Source: Gammaproteobacteria bacterium (lineage in GTDB: Bacteria; Pseudomonadota; Gammaproteobacteria; UBA12402). From it: a stretch of 64,000 nt of DNA. Position numbers and translations under genes: made by a program. The stretch lies in contig JASFHH010000004.1 of NCBI GenBank assembly GCA_050123335.1, forward strand, positions 3,561 to 67,560, given 5' to 3'. Position 1 is the stretch's first letter. The number at the start of each line of letters is the position of its first letter. Positions 41,641 to 52,141 of the stretch are shown here, in pieces. The notes below the pieces were generated by a model. It searched no databases. It saw only the letters and a program-made list of their open reading frames with translations, and had not been told where the DNA came from.

Positions 41641-42915
41641 TTAAAATCTCATTTGGGCGCGAGCAGCATATATCATGGCGTTAATATTTTTTCCATTATA
41701 AGCCGGATGAGCAACCGCCCGAATAATATTAAGTTTAAATGTGACAAAGTGATTAACAAACCAATTTAACCCAAAAGTAACATTATATTCTTTTCCGCCA
41801 CGAACATCTTTGTCAATTAAATCTAATGTGCTATAACGAACAAGTACCTGAAAAGCACCATATTTACCATTAATGGATGATGGTGTAGTGAAAATACCAA
41901 GCGGATACGCATAAGTCATTGATTCTCCTGTCAGAAAATACCCAAGAGTTGCATAATAACCAGAAAAATTAAGATTGGACTGATTGGCTTGGCGCTTGAT
42001 TGTATTCAAATAATATTCCGTTTGAAAGCTCAGAGGTCCATAAACACTGGCAAATTCGCCGCTTAGAATGTCGTAATAATTGACGTTAGTTATGAATCCT
42101 GTTGTGACCAACACGTCCATTTCGTGTGAAGTTGCCTCAGGAGTTGTACCAAATATCACTGTATTATCATCATTTGGGCGCTGCCACCAGTTTGATACTC
42201 CAAAATGCAGAGCACGGGTTGCTTTATGCACAGGCGATAGGAATATACGTCCTGTAGCGCCAATCGGATTAGAAGCGGAATAAGATTCTAGCGTACTGCC
42301 ACTAAATATACTTGCATCTGCAACTAAATGTCTTCCATAAATATTGTAGTGTACACCTTGCGGATAACCTGGAGAAAAAATGTAAACAGGTAAAGGCCAT
42401 TCAAGAAAATTAATATCAACATGCTGTGCCCAATTTGCAAAACCAACATTTGGGGTAAATTGTCCGACCTGGATGTATTGGTTCTTAAATCCATGATAAA
42501 TAATGCTGGCATCCAATAGAGCGCCCAGATTAAAAGAGTATGACACAAAAGGTTGCCAAGCCTTATTTATCAAGCCAGTAAAATAAAGCGTCGCATAGCG
42601 GATATTTGTACCGCTTCGCAATAAATTATCAGAATTAACAAATTTTAGAAAATCAGCTTCAAAATTACCATATATATTAAATATATACTTAGTGTCATCA
42701 CGCGCAACAATCAAACCTCTAGAGCTATAATTTACATGAAAACGGTGATTATCCATTTGAAAATCAGGTAGTCCAATTATTGGAAAATCAGATGGTTCAT
42801 CGTATGGTACATTGGGTGATCCAAAAGCAATAGAAATGTTGCACAAAAGAAATGCAACAAAAACGTAAATGGCGTATTTCAATTTCAATATCCTTTTATG
42901 AAAAATCAAACGCAC
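41641..42915 (-). CDS. OprO/OprP-family porin
   Basis: GPLSFQTEY, FSGYY..LGYFLTGE, RYSTLDL.D..V.GG.E.NVTFGLNW, C-terminal F. Confidence 0.88.
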   Translation of the reverse strand: MRLIFHKRILKLKYAIYVFVAFLLCNISIAFGSPNVPYDEPSDFPIIGLPDFQMDNHRFHVNYSSRGLIVARDDTKYIFNIYGNFEADFLKFVNSDNLLRSGTNIRYATLYFTGLINKAWQPFVSYSFNLGALLDASIIYHGFKNQYIQVGQFTPNVGFANWAQHVDINFLEWPLPVYIFSPGYPQGVHYNIYGRHLVADASIFSGSTLESYSASNPIGATGRIFLSPVHKATRALHFGVSNWWQRPNDDNTVIFGTTPEATSHEMDVLVTTGFITNVNYYDILSGEFASVYGPLSFQTEYYLNTIKRQANQSNLNFSGYYATLGYFLTGESMTYAYPLGIFTTPSSINGKYGAFQVLVRYSTLDLIDKDVRGGKEYNVTFGLNWFVNHFVTFKLNIIRAVAHPAYNGKNINAMIYAARAQMRF

Positions 42916-43125
42916 ATATATTAAATTTTTTGTATAATTAAATCAAGCAATGTAAAGCAAAAAACCAAGAATTGTGTTCTATCAACTTGGTATGCCTGAT
43001 ACTTGCTTGGTCTAAAACCAGAACTCAAGCACAATCTTAAATAAAGTTTCCTCAGCTGATATAAAAGCTGACTGTGTTTTGGCAATTTGCTTGTCGCATG
43101 CATCTGCATGTTACTTTAAATATTG

Positions 43126-43605
43126 TTAATTGCAATGCCTGCAGCTCCAGCATAATACTAGAAAATTATATAAACTAATTATCGAAATAGCTGTAAGTAC
43201 GATGCTATAATTAATATAACTTGTAAAATAAAAATCTGGTGTGCCTTTAGCAAAGAATAAAGTAGCCAAGCATACAATTGGCCAATATGCGGTAATTGCC
43301 ATTACTCCTGCCATACAGGCAACACTCCATTTTTGTTTTTTTATAAAACCAACTAAAGCAAAAATTAAAATAGGTACATAAATTATAGTATCAGCAATGC
43401 TAAATCCTTTATTCATTGCTACACCAAATTTACTGATAACATCCGCGGATTCTTGCAGACCAAGATTAACCGTAAATTGGTAGTTAATAAGTGATCCAAG
43501 TTGACCAATAAGCAACATTATCAATAAAAATATTGAAAATAATATGATAAATAAGTAATTAATCTTGTTTATTTTAGACCCAAATTTATTAATGTTCGTT
43601 TGCAT
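43126..43605 (-). CDS. hypothetical 4-TM membrane protein
   Basis: Four hydrophobic helices; start ATG 43605 after AGGAG. Confidence 0.65.
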   Translation of the reverse strand: MQTNINKFGSKINKINYLFIILFSIFLLIMLLIGQLGSLINYQFTVNLGLQESADVISKFGVAMNKGFSIADTIIYVPILIFALVGFIKKQKWSVACMAGVMAITAYWPIVCLATLFFAKGTPDFYFTSYINYSIVLTAISIISLYNFLVLCWSCRHCN

Positions 43606-43696
43606 AGATTTATCTCCTTTTAAAAACAAAACCCGCCCTTTGAAGTGTAATTGGTATAGAGGATGAACCTAATATTATTTTCACTTAAAACTCCAA

Positions 43697-44455
43697 TTAC
43701 AAAATAGAAACCCCATCATCAATAATCAAATCAAGCCCATAAATTGCACTTGAATTTTCGGACGCCAAAAATACAGCTGAACCTGCAATCTCATCAGCAT
43801 TCATATATGCTCTGCCGGTTGGGGTAATGGATTTAAGGTTTTCCACAAACTGAGGATTATTTTGAAGATGTTGATTAATTGCGGTCGCAGTATTTCCAGG
43901 TGAAATTACATTAACATTAATACCATCTTTAGCAACTTCTGCAGCCAATGATTTTGCGAGCATAAGCATTCCACCTTTACTTGCACAATATACCACTGCA
44001 TTTGGAAACCCATGAGTTGCGGCAATTGAAGCCACAAAAATTATCTTGCCTGCTTTTTTTTGTTGCATAATTGGAAGCACCGCTTTCGTCATTAAAAAAC
44101 TGCTTTTAAGATTAACGTCCATGGTCTTGTCCCAATCTTCGATGGTCATTTTTCCAAAACTTTTATCGATAAGAATACCCGCATTATTAACTAAAATATC
44201 TACTGTGCCAAATTCGGTTACAACTTCTTGAATCAGTTTATCAACTTCAAATGGTTTAGTAATATCACATTGATAAGCTTTGGCAACAGCATCAAACTCA
44301 TTATTAATTTTTGTAGCAACTTCCTGACCCTTTGCAGGATTTTTGTGGTTAACCACAATAACTGTTGCACCCTCTTGCGCATAAGCATAGCAAATAGCCT
44401 CGCCTATACCCTGTGAACCACCTGTTACAATAGCAATTTTATCTTTAAGCTTCAT
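43697..44455 (-). CDS. SDR family oxidoreductase
   Basis: TGGSQGIG, NNAG, YCASK. Confidence 0.93.
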   Translation of the reverse strand: MKLKDKIAIVTGGSQGIGEAICYAYAQEGATVIVVNHKNPAKGQEVATKINNEFDAVAKAYQCDITKPFEVDKLIQEVVTEFGTVDILVNNAGILIDKSFGKMTIEDWDKTMDVNLKSSFLMTKAVLPIMQQKKAGKIIFVASIAATHGFPNAVVYCASKGGMLMLAKSLAAEVAKDGINVNVISPGNTATAINQHLQNNPQFVENLKSITPTGRAYMNADEIAGSAVFLASENSSAIYGLDLIIDDGVSIL

Positions 44456-44468
44456 TAGGTACTCCCCT

Positions 44469-45086
44469 TTATCTATTTTGTATAAAATAAAAAGTTTTTA
44501 TCATTTGTATAGCTATTTTTTTAGACTGTTTACGAACCCGCATAATTTTGTTGACATTTTGTTTATTACATCCACAAATATTCGAACCAGTTTCTACAAA
44601 TTCAACTGCATAACAAAAGCCATTATGCAAAATTCTATAACTTTGACCTTTTCTGTATTGACCCATCGCATAATCATCAATTGTCAATACATGAAAAACT
44701 TTACCATTAATGCTAGTTGTGTACGCTTTTTCTGGTTCATACGGTGGAACAATGCAGTTTTTTGTTGCTGCCGGAGCAGAACTGGTTCCTATTCTAACTG
44801 CGGCATAATAATATGGTGCATTAGAAATAGAACTTAAATTTTCATCAAGATTTACCAAAGCTATAGGAATTTCAATAATACTGTGATTGACTTTATTTGG
44901 TAAATTGTTTTCTACCGATGTCCAATATTGATCCATTAAATAAGTACGACTAAATGTAGTTTGTGGTTTTAAATTTGCAGGATAAGAAATCGAAAAACCA
45001 AATTGGTCATTAGTAACAGTATGCCAACTGGCATACAAATTACAGCAACACAAACTCATTAAGATTGTAATAATCAATCTATACAT
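44469..45086 (-). CDS. hypothetical exported protein
   Basis: Signal peptide; FGFSISYP, INGKVF, YRILHNGFCYAVE. Confidence 0.65.
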   Translation of the reverse strand: MYRLIITILMSLCCCNLYASWHTVTNDQFGFSISYPANLKPQTTFSRTYLMDQYWTSVENNLPNKVNHSIIEIPIALVNLDENLSSISNAPYYYAAVRIGTSSAPAATKNCIVPPYEPEKAYTTSINGKVFHVLTIDDYAMGQYRKGQSYRILHNGFCYAVEFVETGSNICGCNKQNVNKIMRVRKQSKKIAIQMIKTFYFIQNR

Positions 45087-45127
45087 TATTTATCACAACA
45101 TTTTTTATATTTGTTGCCGCAACCAAA

Positions 45128-45283
45128 TTATTTTTTAGTATTTTTAGGGTTGGAGGCTGCTTTAGATATAGCATGTCCGCCAGATTGAATATCTTGGCCA
45201 ATACCTTCAACAGTGTGGCATCCAGCCAATAATAAACCATAAACCGAGATAGCTGTTACCATCAGAAACAAAAACTTTTTCAT
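45128..45283 (-). CDS. entericidin A/B family small lipoprotein (absent from ORF track)
   Basis: MKKFLFLMVTAISVYGLLLAG-CHTVEGIGQDIQSGGHAISKAASNPKNTKK*; lipobox LAGC; GGAGG RBS. Confidence 0.9.
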   Translation of the reverse strand: MKKFLFLMVTAISVYGLLLAGCHTVEGIGQDIQSGGHAISKAASNPKNTKK

Positions 45284-45620
45284 GTGCCCTCCGTAAACAT
45301 AAAACTTGTGAAAAATTTGATATTAGCGTTTAGTATTAATCAATGCAAGTATAATTTTCAACAATCATAAGCCTCATAAAATTAATAGATTATATAGATA
45401 ATCTAATGAATTACTTTATATAACAAAACTAATCATTTCTTCGATAATACATAATTACACACTAAGACTTCAAAATTTATTACATACAGACTTTTACAGG
45501 GAATCATGATATTATATAATATGTTTATTACCATGATATCAATTCATAAACGGTATTTAAAAATTTCCAAAGTAAAACTTGATACAACAAAACGTCGTTG
45601 TTCAAAGGAGGTATTTTGTA

Positions 45621-46769
45621 ATGCCAATACTTTTTGAGCCCAATGGGAAGTTAGAACTATTTTTTAAAAATATTGATCAAGCCATTAATAGTGGAGCTAA
45701 AAGCCTGCTTTTATTTTCTGCCGATGAGAATAAATTTGATACAAATAAAATTAATAGCAAATTAAAGAGTATCTCTATTCCTGTTTTTGGCGGCATATTC
45801 CCGCAGATTATCTATAAAAACAATGCATATAAAAATGGCACTATAGTTTGTGGATTAGACTTTGCTGTACAAACATGTTCTGTAACAGGACTTAGCGACG
45901 TAGACACAAATTATAAAAAACAAATTTCTAGTTATCTAGACAAGAAAATAGCTGAAAAACTGGAAGATTATGCAACGATGATGATTCTTGTTGATGGTAA
46001 CAGCAAATATATAGCCCGTTTAATCGAAAAAATATATGGATTTTTTGGTAAAGATATAACATATTTGGGTGGTGGCGCAGGAACATTGCAGCTCAAACCA
46101 ATGCCATGCTTATTTACTAATCAAGGTCTGTTAGCTGATAGTGCTCAATTGGTATTAATAGATAAAAAAGCATTAATTAGTGTTGCACATGGCTGGGAAA
46201 AGCTTGCGGGACCTTTTGTCATTACCGATTCCGATCATAATGTGATAAAAATGATCGACTATCATCCAGCTTTTGAGACTTACAAGAAAATTATTGAAGA
46301 TAACAGTATTTATAAATTCACCAAAGATAATTTTTTTGATGTAGCCAAAAACTATCCTTTTGGTATTGAGAAACTTGATGGTTCTTTTATTGTTCGCGAT
46401 CCTATAATAGAACGGGATAAAACATTAATTTGTGTTGCTGAAGTACCGGAGAATTCTATTGTCTACGTACTTAAAAGTACAGAAAAAAAATTGATTGCTG
46501 CCGCTAGAAAAGCATCAACTAATATTAGTCAAAAATTGCAAGGTTCTAAACAAAGTCATTTTACCAAGCAACATCTACCAATAATATTTGACTGCATTAG
46601 TCGTTCTTTGATTCTTAAAGAAAATTTTACCAAAGAGCTAAATGCGATTAATACTAATTTACCAGAGCTAATCGGTGCATCTACAATTGGTGAAATAGCC
46701 AATCATGGTGATTTCTGCTTGGAGTTTTATAACAAAACTTTAGTATTAGCTTTATTTATGGAGAATTAG
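45621..46769 (+). CDS. FIST-domain sensor protein
   Basis: VFGGIFP, YLGGGAG, VAHGW, YPFG..VRDP, FDCISR, GASTIGEIA, FYNKT. Confidence 0.88.
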   Translation: MPILFEPNGKLELFFKNIDQAINSGAKSLLLFSADENKFDTNKINSKLKSISIPVFGGIFPQIIYKNNAYKNGTIVCGLDFAVQTCSVTGLSDVDTNYKKQISSYLDKKIAEKLEDYATMMILVDGNSKYIARLIEKIYGFFGKDITYLGGGAGTLQLKPMPCLFTNQGLLADSAQLVLIDKKALISVAHGWEKLAGPFVITDSDHNVIKMIDYHPAFETYKKIIEDNSIYKFTKDNFFDVAKNYPFGIEKLDGSFIVRDPIIERDKTLICVAEVPENSIVYVLKSTEKKLIAAARKASTNISQKLQGSKQSHFTKQHLPIIFDCISRSLILKENFTKELNAINTNLPELIGASTIGEIANHGDFCLEFYNKTLVLALFMEN

Positions 46770-46780
46770 AGGCGATAACC

Positions 46781-49000
46781 ATGGAAATACAAAAAAATTT
46801 AAGACTTCTTACTTTGCAATATGAACTAACAATGTTGATTGGCCATTCATTAAATTTACAAGAAATGTTGGAGTTCTTTTTACCTAAAACTTTAGCATAT
46901 CTAAACTGTGCAACTGGCCATATTTGGTTACTTAACAAAGATACCAATTTGATGGAGCACAGCTATTCTTATCCGCGCGTTACCACAATGGAATTTAACA
47001 TTTTGCAAAAAATGGTTAATCAGTTCTTTAAAAACAAAAAATCACCTCATGTTAAGTCTTTAGAGCAGCCTCTTCATAGTTACTTCATAAATATAGGAGC
47101 TGTTGGTATTGCAGTACTGCAAAGTCATAAACCACTAAGCAAAGAAATTTTAACAGCATTAAAACCAATTTTTAACCGTCTATCATTGGCTTGTCTTGCT
47201 TGTTTACAATATAGCCTTACTGAATCAAGTTATCGTGATATTTTTGAACATTCGCCAATCTCTCTGTGGGAAGAAGACTTTTCCGTAGTAAAGAGATATC
47301 TATCTGAATTACAAACTAAAGGTATTGAGAATTTAGATAGGTATTTTATTGTTAACCCAAAAGAAGTAGAAAAATGCGCTTCTATGGTAAAAATTAATAG
47401 CGTTAACCTGGCCACATTAAAAATGTACGGCGCTCATGACAAAGCAGAAATGATGAAAAACCTAAGCAGAATTTTCGGCAAAAAATCATTAGAAGTGTTT
47501 CGCAATGAATTAGTTGCTTATGCCAATAACGAGACTTCTTTTAAAGCTGAAGGAATTACTTACACTTTAGATCATAAAAAAGTACATATTACTATCAATT
47601 GCTCTGTAGCTCCCGGTTATGAAAAAACTTACGGCAAGGTATTGGTTTCTATAATGGATATTAGTGATTTAAAACTCGCTGAAGCCCGCCTTGAATATTT
47701 AGCCAAGCATGATGAACTTACTGGTCTGTCCAATAGAATTCTATTTAATATGATGTTGGAAAGAGCAATTAACCGTGCAGTACGTAGCGGGCAAATAATG
47801 GCTGTACTCTCTCTGGATCTTGATCACTTTAAGAACATTAATGATACTTTAGGCCATGATATAGGAGACCTCTTGCTAATAGAAGTTGCGAAAAAGCTGC
47901 AAAAAGCAGTTCGTGCTGATGATTTTGTAGCACGTTACGGTGGAGATGAGTTCGCAATAATTCTTAATGGTCTAACTAACGTTCATGATGCAGGTAATAT
48001 TGCGAAAAAGTTTAATGACACAATCAAGGATTCTTATAAGCTAGCTAAACATACAGTACATATCAGTACCAGCATTGGTATAGCTTGCTATCCTTCTGAA
48101 GGAGAAAATGCTACCACCTTATTAAAACATGCGGATATTGCTTTATATGCCGCAAAAGATGCGGGACGCAACACTTATAAATATTTTACTCCAAATTTAA
48201 ATGGTTATCATACTGAGCGCTTGTTTATAGAGAATGCTTTAGAACATGCGCTTGAACGACATGAATTATATCTAGTTTATCAACCAAAATTTGCTTTGCC
48301 TTCTAAAAAAATTATTGGAATGGAGACATTGCTGAGATGGCAGCATCCTGAACTTGGTTTAGTATTACCTACAAAATTTATTCCAATAGCAGAAACTACA
48401 GGAGTTGTTGTTCCTATTGGCAAGTGGGTTTTAAAAACAGCATGTCAACAATTTGCCGAGCATTTCTCGCAACAAAAAAATGATCAGTTGCTTGCAATTT
48501 CACTCAATGTATCTCCGGAACAATTTATTCGTGCAGATTTTCTTGATTTAATAGCTAACATAATAGAGAAGACAAAAATACCAGCAAAGAACATAGAATT
48601 AGAGCTGCCAGAAACATTGATTATGTCTAAGGTGGAAATATCTGAACAAGTATTGATGCAATTAAACAAAATCGGAGTCAAAATTTCAATTGATAATTTT
48701 GGCGCAGGATATTCATCACTAAGTTGTTTAAAACATCTGCCTATAACTAATTTAAAGATTAACCAATCATTTATTCGTGATATTGAAACTGATCCAAATG
48801 ATGCAATAATTGTAAAGTCAATTATTAATTTAGCAAAGAACTTAGAACTAAATGTGATTGCTGAAGGAGTAGAGACTAAAGAACAATTACAATTTTTAAT
48901 AGACAATGGCTGTCCTCAGGCACAAGGTTTTTATCTAGCCAAACCGTTAAAAATTGATGAAGTAGTAAGGTTTATTAAGAAACATACCGATCGCCAATGA
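46781..49000 (+). CDS. PAS-GGDEF-EAL protein, likely diguanylate cyclase
   Basis: RYGGDEF intact; EAL domain altered (ETL, ELPE, DNFG). Confidence 0.88.
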   Translation: MEIQKNLRLLTLQYELTMLIGHSLNLQEMLEFFLPKTLAYLNCATGHIWLLNKDTNLMEHSYSYPRVTTMEFNILQKMVNQFFKNKKSPHVKSLEQPLHSYFINIGAVGIAVLQSHKPLSKEILTALKPIFNRLSLACLACLQYSLTESSYRDIFEHSPISLWEEDFSVVKRYLSELQTKGIENLDRYFIVNPKEVEKCASMVKINSVNLATLKMYGAHDKAEMMKNLSRIFGKKSLEVFRNELVAYANNETSFKAEGITYTLDHKKVHITINCSVAPGYEKTYGKVLVSIMDISDLKLAEARLEYLAKHDELTGLSNRILFNMMLERAINRAVRSGQIMAVLSLDLDHFKNINDTLGHDIGDLLLIEVAKKLQKAVRADDFVARYGGDEFAIILNGLTNVHDAGNIAKKFNDTIKDSYKLAKHTVHISTSIGIACYPSEGENATTLLKHADIALYAAKDAGRNTYKYFTPNLNGYHTERLFIENALEHALERHELYLVYQPKFALPSKKIIGMETLLRWQHPELGLVLPTKFIPIAETTGVVVPIGKWVLKTACQQFAEHFSQQKNDQLLAISLNVSPEQFIRADFLDLIANIIEKTKIPAKNIELELPETLIMSKVEISEQVLMQLNKIGVKISIDNFGAGYSSLSCLKHLPITNLKINQSFIRDIETDPNDAIIVKSIINLAKNLELNVIAEGVETKEQLQFLIDNGCPQAQGFYLAKPLKIDEVVRFIKKHTDRQ

Positions 49001-49026
49001 AGATTGGTATATACTTGTGTCAGCAG

Positions 49027-49746
49027 CTAATAACAATCTACCAATAAATCTTGTTTAGTCAAATTTGGTTTATCTTGCGCTGATACTCTATGCACTATTT
49101 TACCGCTATTAATTGCCAATAATCTATTACCGTACTGCAAAGCAAAATCTAAATTGTGAGTTGCCATAATACAAGTTATACCGCGTTTAGTAATTTCTTG
49201 GTAAGTTTTTTCCATGGTCATTGCAGCAGTTTTAGGATCCAATGCGCTGGTATGTTCATCCAACAAAATTAAATCCGGCTGATGACGCAAAGCCAAAGCC
49301 AAAATTAAAATTTGCCTTTCGCCGCCAGATAATTTGTTAACTGGAGTATCAAACCGCTCTGCTAATCCAACATGAAACTGAGCTAAATATTCCTGAAAAT
49401 CCGATTTATATTGAATCTTATTTTTATTGCGCAATTCAGACAAAGTGGCATTTTCCGCAATAGTCATATCCATAAATAAATTATCATTAGTGTTCTGTGT
49501 TAATGTTATTATCTTTTTTGTCAAAGTTTTATGACTATATTGATGCAAACAATCACCAAAAAATTCAATTGAACCACTCGTTGGGCAATAAGTGCGATTA
49601 ATTAAATTAAGCAATGAACTTTTTCCGGAACCATTACTGCCTAATAATATAATAAAATCTCCTTGATTGACTGCAAAAGTTACATCATTAACAATATTTT
49701 TTTCACAATTCGGTACCGTAAATGAAATGTTTTCAATTTTAAGCAT
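49027..49746 (-). CDS. ABC transporter ATPase (TrpZ-like)
   Basis: GSNGSGKS, LSGGERQ, LLDEHTSALDP. Confidence 0.9.
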   Translation of the reverse strand: MLKIENISFTVPNCEKNIVNDVTFAVNQGDFIILLGSNGSGKSSLLNLINRTYCPTSGSIEFFGDCLHQYSHKTLTKKIITLTQNTNDNLFMDMTIAENATLSELRNKNKIQYKSDFQEYLAQFHVGLAERFDTPVNKLSGGERQILILALALRHQPDLILLDEHTSALDPKTAAMTMEKTYQEITKRGITCIMATHNLDFALQYGNRLLAINSGKIVHRVSAQDKPNLTKQDLLVDCY

Positions 49747-50623
49747 ACACTTCTCCTCGATGCGAATATCTTGCACTACCAAGAAAAACGATTAATACAG
49801 CGCCTAAAAATAATTTTAAATAAATTGGATTAATGCCACACGCCAAAAAGAAATTCATCGCAAAGAAATACAACGATGTTCCCAATAAACAACTACAACA
49901 ATCAACTAATGCGCTAAATTTTTCCCGACGATAGAAGATTCTATTAGTTAAATGCCTGCCGATAACCACAGATCCAATTGCGGTTAACGCCATCCCTAGC
50001 CCCATATTCAGATCAGCATAACCATCAATTTGCGCATTAATTACGCCGCATAAAGCCGCTAAACCATTACTAACACCTAAACCAAGCATTAATAGTAATA
50101 TTGTTGATTTACCCATCGCGTGAATTAATCGGGTATTACTGCCATAAGCGCGTAACAATATCCCTATTTTGCTACGCAAAAAATAACACATCACACCAAA
50201 TAATATTAGTGTAAACAAAACAATAACAAAAAGTAAATATTCCGGGGATGATGTTTGCAGGTTTTGCAAAAATACACTGCTATCCAATAAACTAATATTT
50301 GGTTTACCCATTACACGAAAATTAACGCTATACAACATAAAAGTTGCTAAAATACCAGCAATAAGCGAATTAATTTTTACAAGTTTTTGTACTAATGCAA
50401 CTAAAGCACCAATAATTACACCTGCGAATACAGCCAAAATTATACTAACATACTGGTTAATCCCATGCGTAACTAAACTTGCAAAAGTTGCCGCACCCAG
50501 CACAAAAGTACCATCAACCGTTAAATCAGTTACCGCGAGAATACGGTAACTAAGATAAACTCCAAGCGTTAATGGCAAAAAAAACAAACTTTGTTGTAAG
50601 GTTGCAATTACTATATTGTACAT
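49739..50623 (-). CDS. ABC transporter permease (TrpY-like)
   Basis: DLTVDGTFVLG, LIAGIL..FMLYSVNFRVMGKPNI, GYADLNMGLG. Confidence 0.9.
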   Translation of the reverse strand: MYNIVIATLQQSLFFLPLTLGVYLSYRILAVTDLTVDGTFVLGAATFASLVTHGINQYVSIILAVFAGVIIGALVALVQKLVKINSLIAGILATFMLYSVNFRVMGKPNISLLDSSVFLQNLQTSSPEYLLFVIVLFTLILFGVMCYFLRSKIGILLRAYGSNTRLIHAMGKSTILLLMLGLGVSNGLAALCGVINAQIDGYADLNMGLGMALTAIGSVVIGRHLTNRIFYRREKFSALVDCCSCLLGTSLYFFAMNFFLACGINPIYLKLFLGAVLIVFLGSARYSHRGEVYA

Positions 50624-51585
50624 ATTTGATAACCCTCCTTTTGCGTAACTTGCTTGATTTTTGCGACATCAATTCCTTGTCGTGCAGCTGCTTTAGGATT
50701 AATAAATACTAACAACTTATCCAATTTTTTAATCGGTACTTCATTAATTTTGCCGCCTTTTAAAACAACAGCCGCCAATTTCGCTCCTTCTACACCAATC
50801 TGATATTCCTTTACACCAGTCGCAAAAGCAGCACCATGTTGTACTGTGCCATCATCTGAAGTAATAACTGGAATATGCGATATTTCAGCTTGCTTGATTA
50901 AAGTACGAATACCGCTAGCAACCATATTGTCCTTTAGAATATAAATTGCTTGGCTATCAGCCGAAATTTGCTTGCTAACCATATACAGATCAGCCAACTG
51001 CTGCACCATTAAATCTTGTATTTTAAATCCATGTGCTTTGGCATACTTAATACAATCAGCAACCTCTGGCGTAATTTTATCTGATGGGCTATGTACTAAA
51101 GTAATTTGTTTTAAGTTTGGTATCACTTTACGCATAAATTGCAACTGCGTAGCAACCGCAATTTCATCATCAACCACTGTTACATTACAAGGAACACGGT
51201 GCTTGCGCTGCGCTTCTGTATATTCTGCTGCAATACCAACAATCGGTTTATCGTATACCATCGCCAAAGTCATTTGGGTCGGCTGTGTCGCAATTGGCGC
51301 ATACAAATCTACATGTTGCTGCTTAAACTGCTGCAAAATAGAACGTTGTAAATTAGCATCACCTTGCGCGTTTTTAATCAAAAACGTAATTTTACCAGGA
51401 TAAGTTTGCTGCAAAGTATTTTTAAAACCTGCCACAATTTCATCCATTGCCTGATGCTGCATTGGTACTAATACTCCAACTTTAATTGGTGGATACTTAA
51501 TTTGTTTTGCGAACGATACATTAATAACACTAACTAAACAAATCAAGCAAACTAATTGTAATAATATTGTTTTAATCTTTAACAT
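50611..51585 (-). CDS. ABC substrate-binding protein (TrpX-like, aromatic amino acid)
   Basis: HQAMDEIVAGF, NAQGD, IATQPTQ. Downstream of trpR and a Trp leader. Confidence 0.85.
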   Translation of the reverse strand: MLKIKTILLQLVCLICLVSVINVSFAKQIKYPPIKVGVLVPMQHQAMDEIVAGFKNTLQQTYPGKITFLIKNAQGDANLQRSILQQFKQQHVDLYAPIATQPTQMTLAMVYDKPIVGIAAEYTEAQRKHRVPCNVTVVDDEIAVATQLQFMRKVIPNLKQITLVHSPSDKITPEVADCIKYAKAHGFKIQDLMVQQLADLYMVSKQISADSQAIYILKDNMVASGIRTLIKQAEISHIPVITSDDGTVQHGAAFATGVKEYQIGVEGAKLAAVVLKGGKINEVPIKKLDKLLVFINPKAAARQGIDVAKIKQVTQKEGYQICTI

Positions 51586-51626
51586 GATTTTCTCCTATAA
51601 AATAAGTCGTATATTATTGATTTCCA

Positions 51627-51750
51627 TGTGGCGATTACGGAATTTAAGGTATCTTTTTTTGACGACTAGCGCCCATGGATGGAGGCGCGGGAGGTACATG
51701 GATGTACCAAGGAGGAAAAAAAAGATACCTTAAATTCCGTAATCGCTATA
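51627..51750. repeat. ~124-bp palindromic MITE-like element in trp transporter leader
   Basis: GCGATTACGGAATTTAAGGTATCTTTTTTT and its reverse complement flank a core shared with the 41437 element. Confidence 0.9.
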
Positions 51751-51776
51751 ATTTTAATAATAAAGATAATATGCGC

Positions 51777-51836
51777 TTAGCCGCGCCAAGAATGGAGAAA
51801 ACTAGACTTTGTAATTGAATGGTAATTTTTCATCAT
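51777..51836 (-). CDS. putative Trp leader peptide
   Basis: MMKNYHSITKSSFLHSWRG*; its ATG overlaps the trpR stop (TAATG). Confidence 0.6.
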   Translation of the reverse strand: MMKNYHSITKSSFLHSWRG

Positions 51837-52141
51837 TAATCAACTATTTTTTCGATTAATTCCTGCTTAATTTTGTTATTAAGCGTCTTCAACATATTCG
51901 ATCCACGAGTAATTTTAGCGATGCTAATTCCAAGTTTTGCCGCAATTTCACGCTGCGTTTTTTCGCCTTTAAGCAATTCCTCAACTAACAATATTCTGGT
52001 AGCAACCGCTTCTCTTTCGTCAAAAGTTAGAAAAAAGTCTAACAAGGCCTTTAATCCAGCCTTAGATTTTTCCGTATAACAAAGAGTTAAAAACTTGTTA
52101 TATCCCTTCGCCATCAATTTTTGACGCTGTAAATTACTCAT
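51836..52141 (-). CDS. trpR: Trp operon repressor
   Basis: FLTFDEREAVATR...EELLKGEKTQREIAAKLGISIAKITRGSN. Confidence 0.93.
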   Translation of the reverse strand: MSNLQRQKLMAKGYNKFLTLCYTEKSKAGLKALLDFFLTFDEREAVATRILLVEELLKGEKTQREIAAKLGISIAKITRGSNMLKTLNNKIKQELIEKIVD

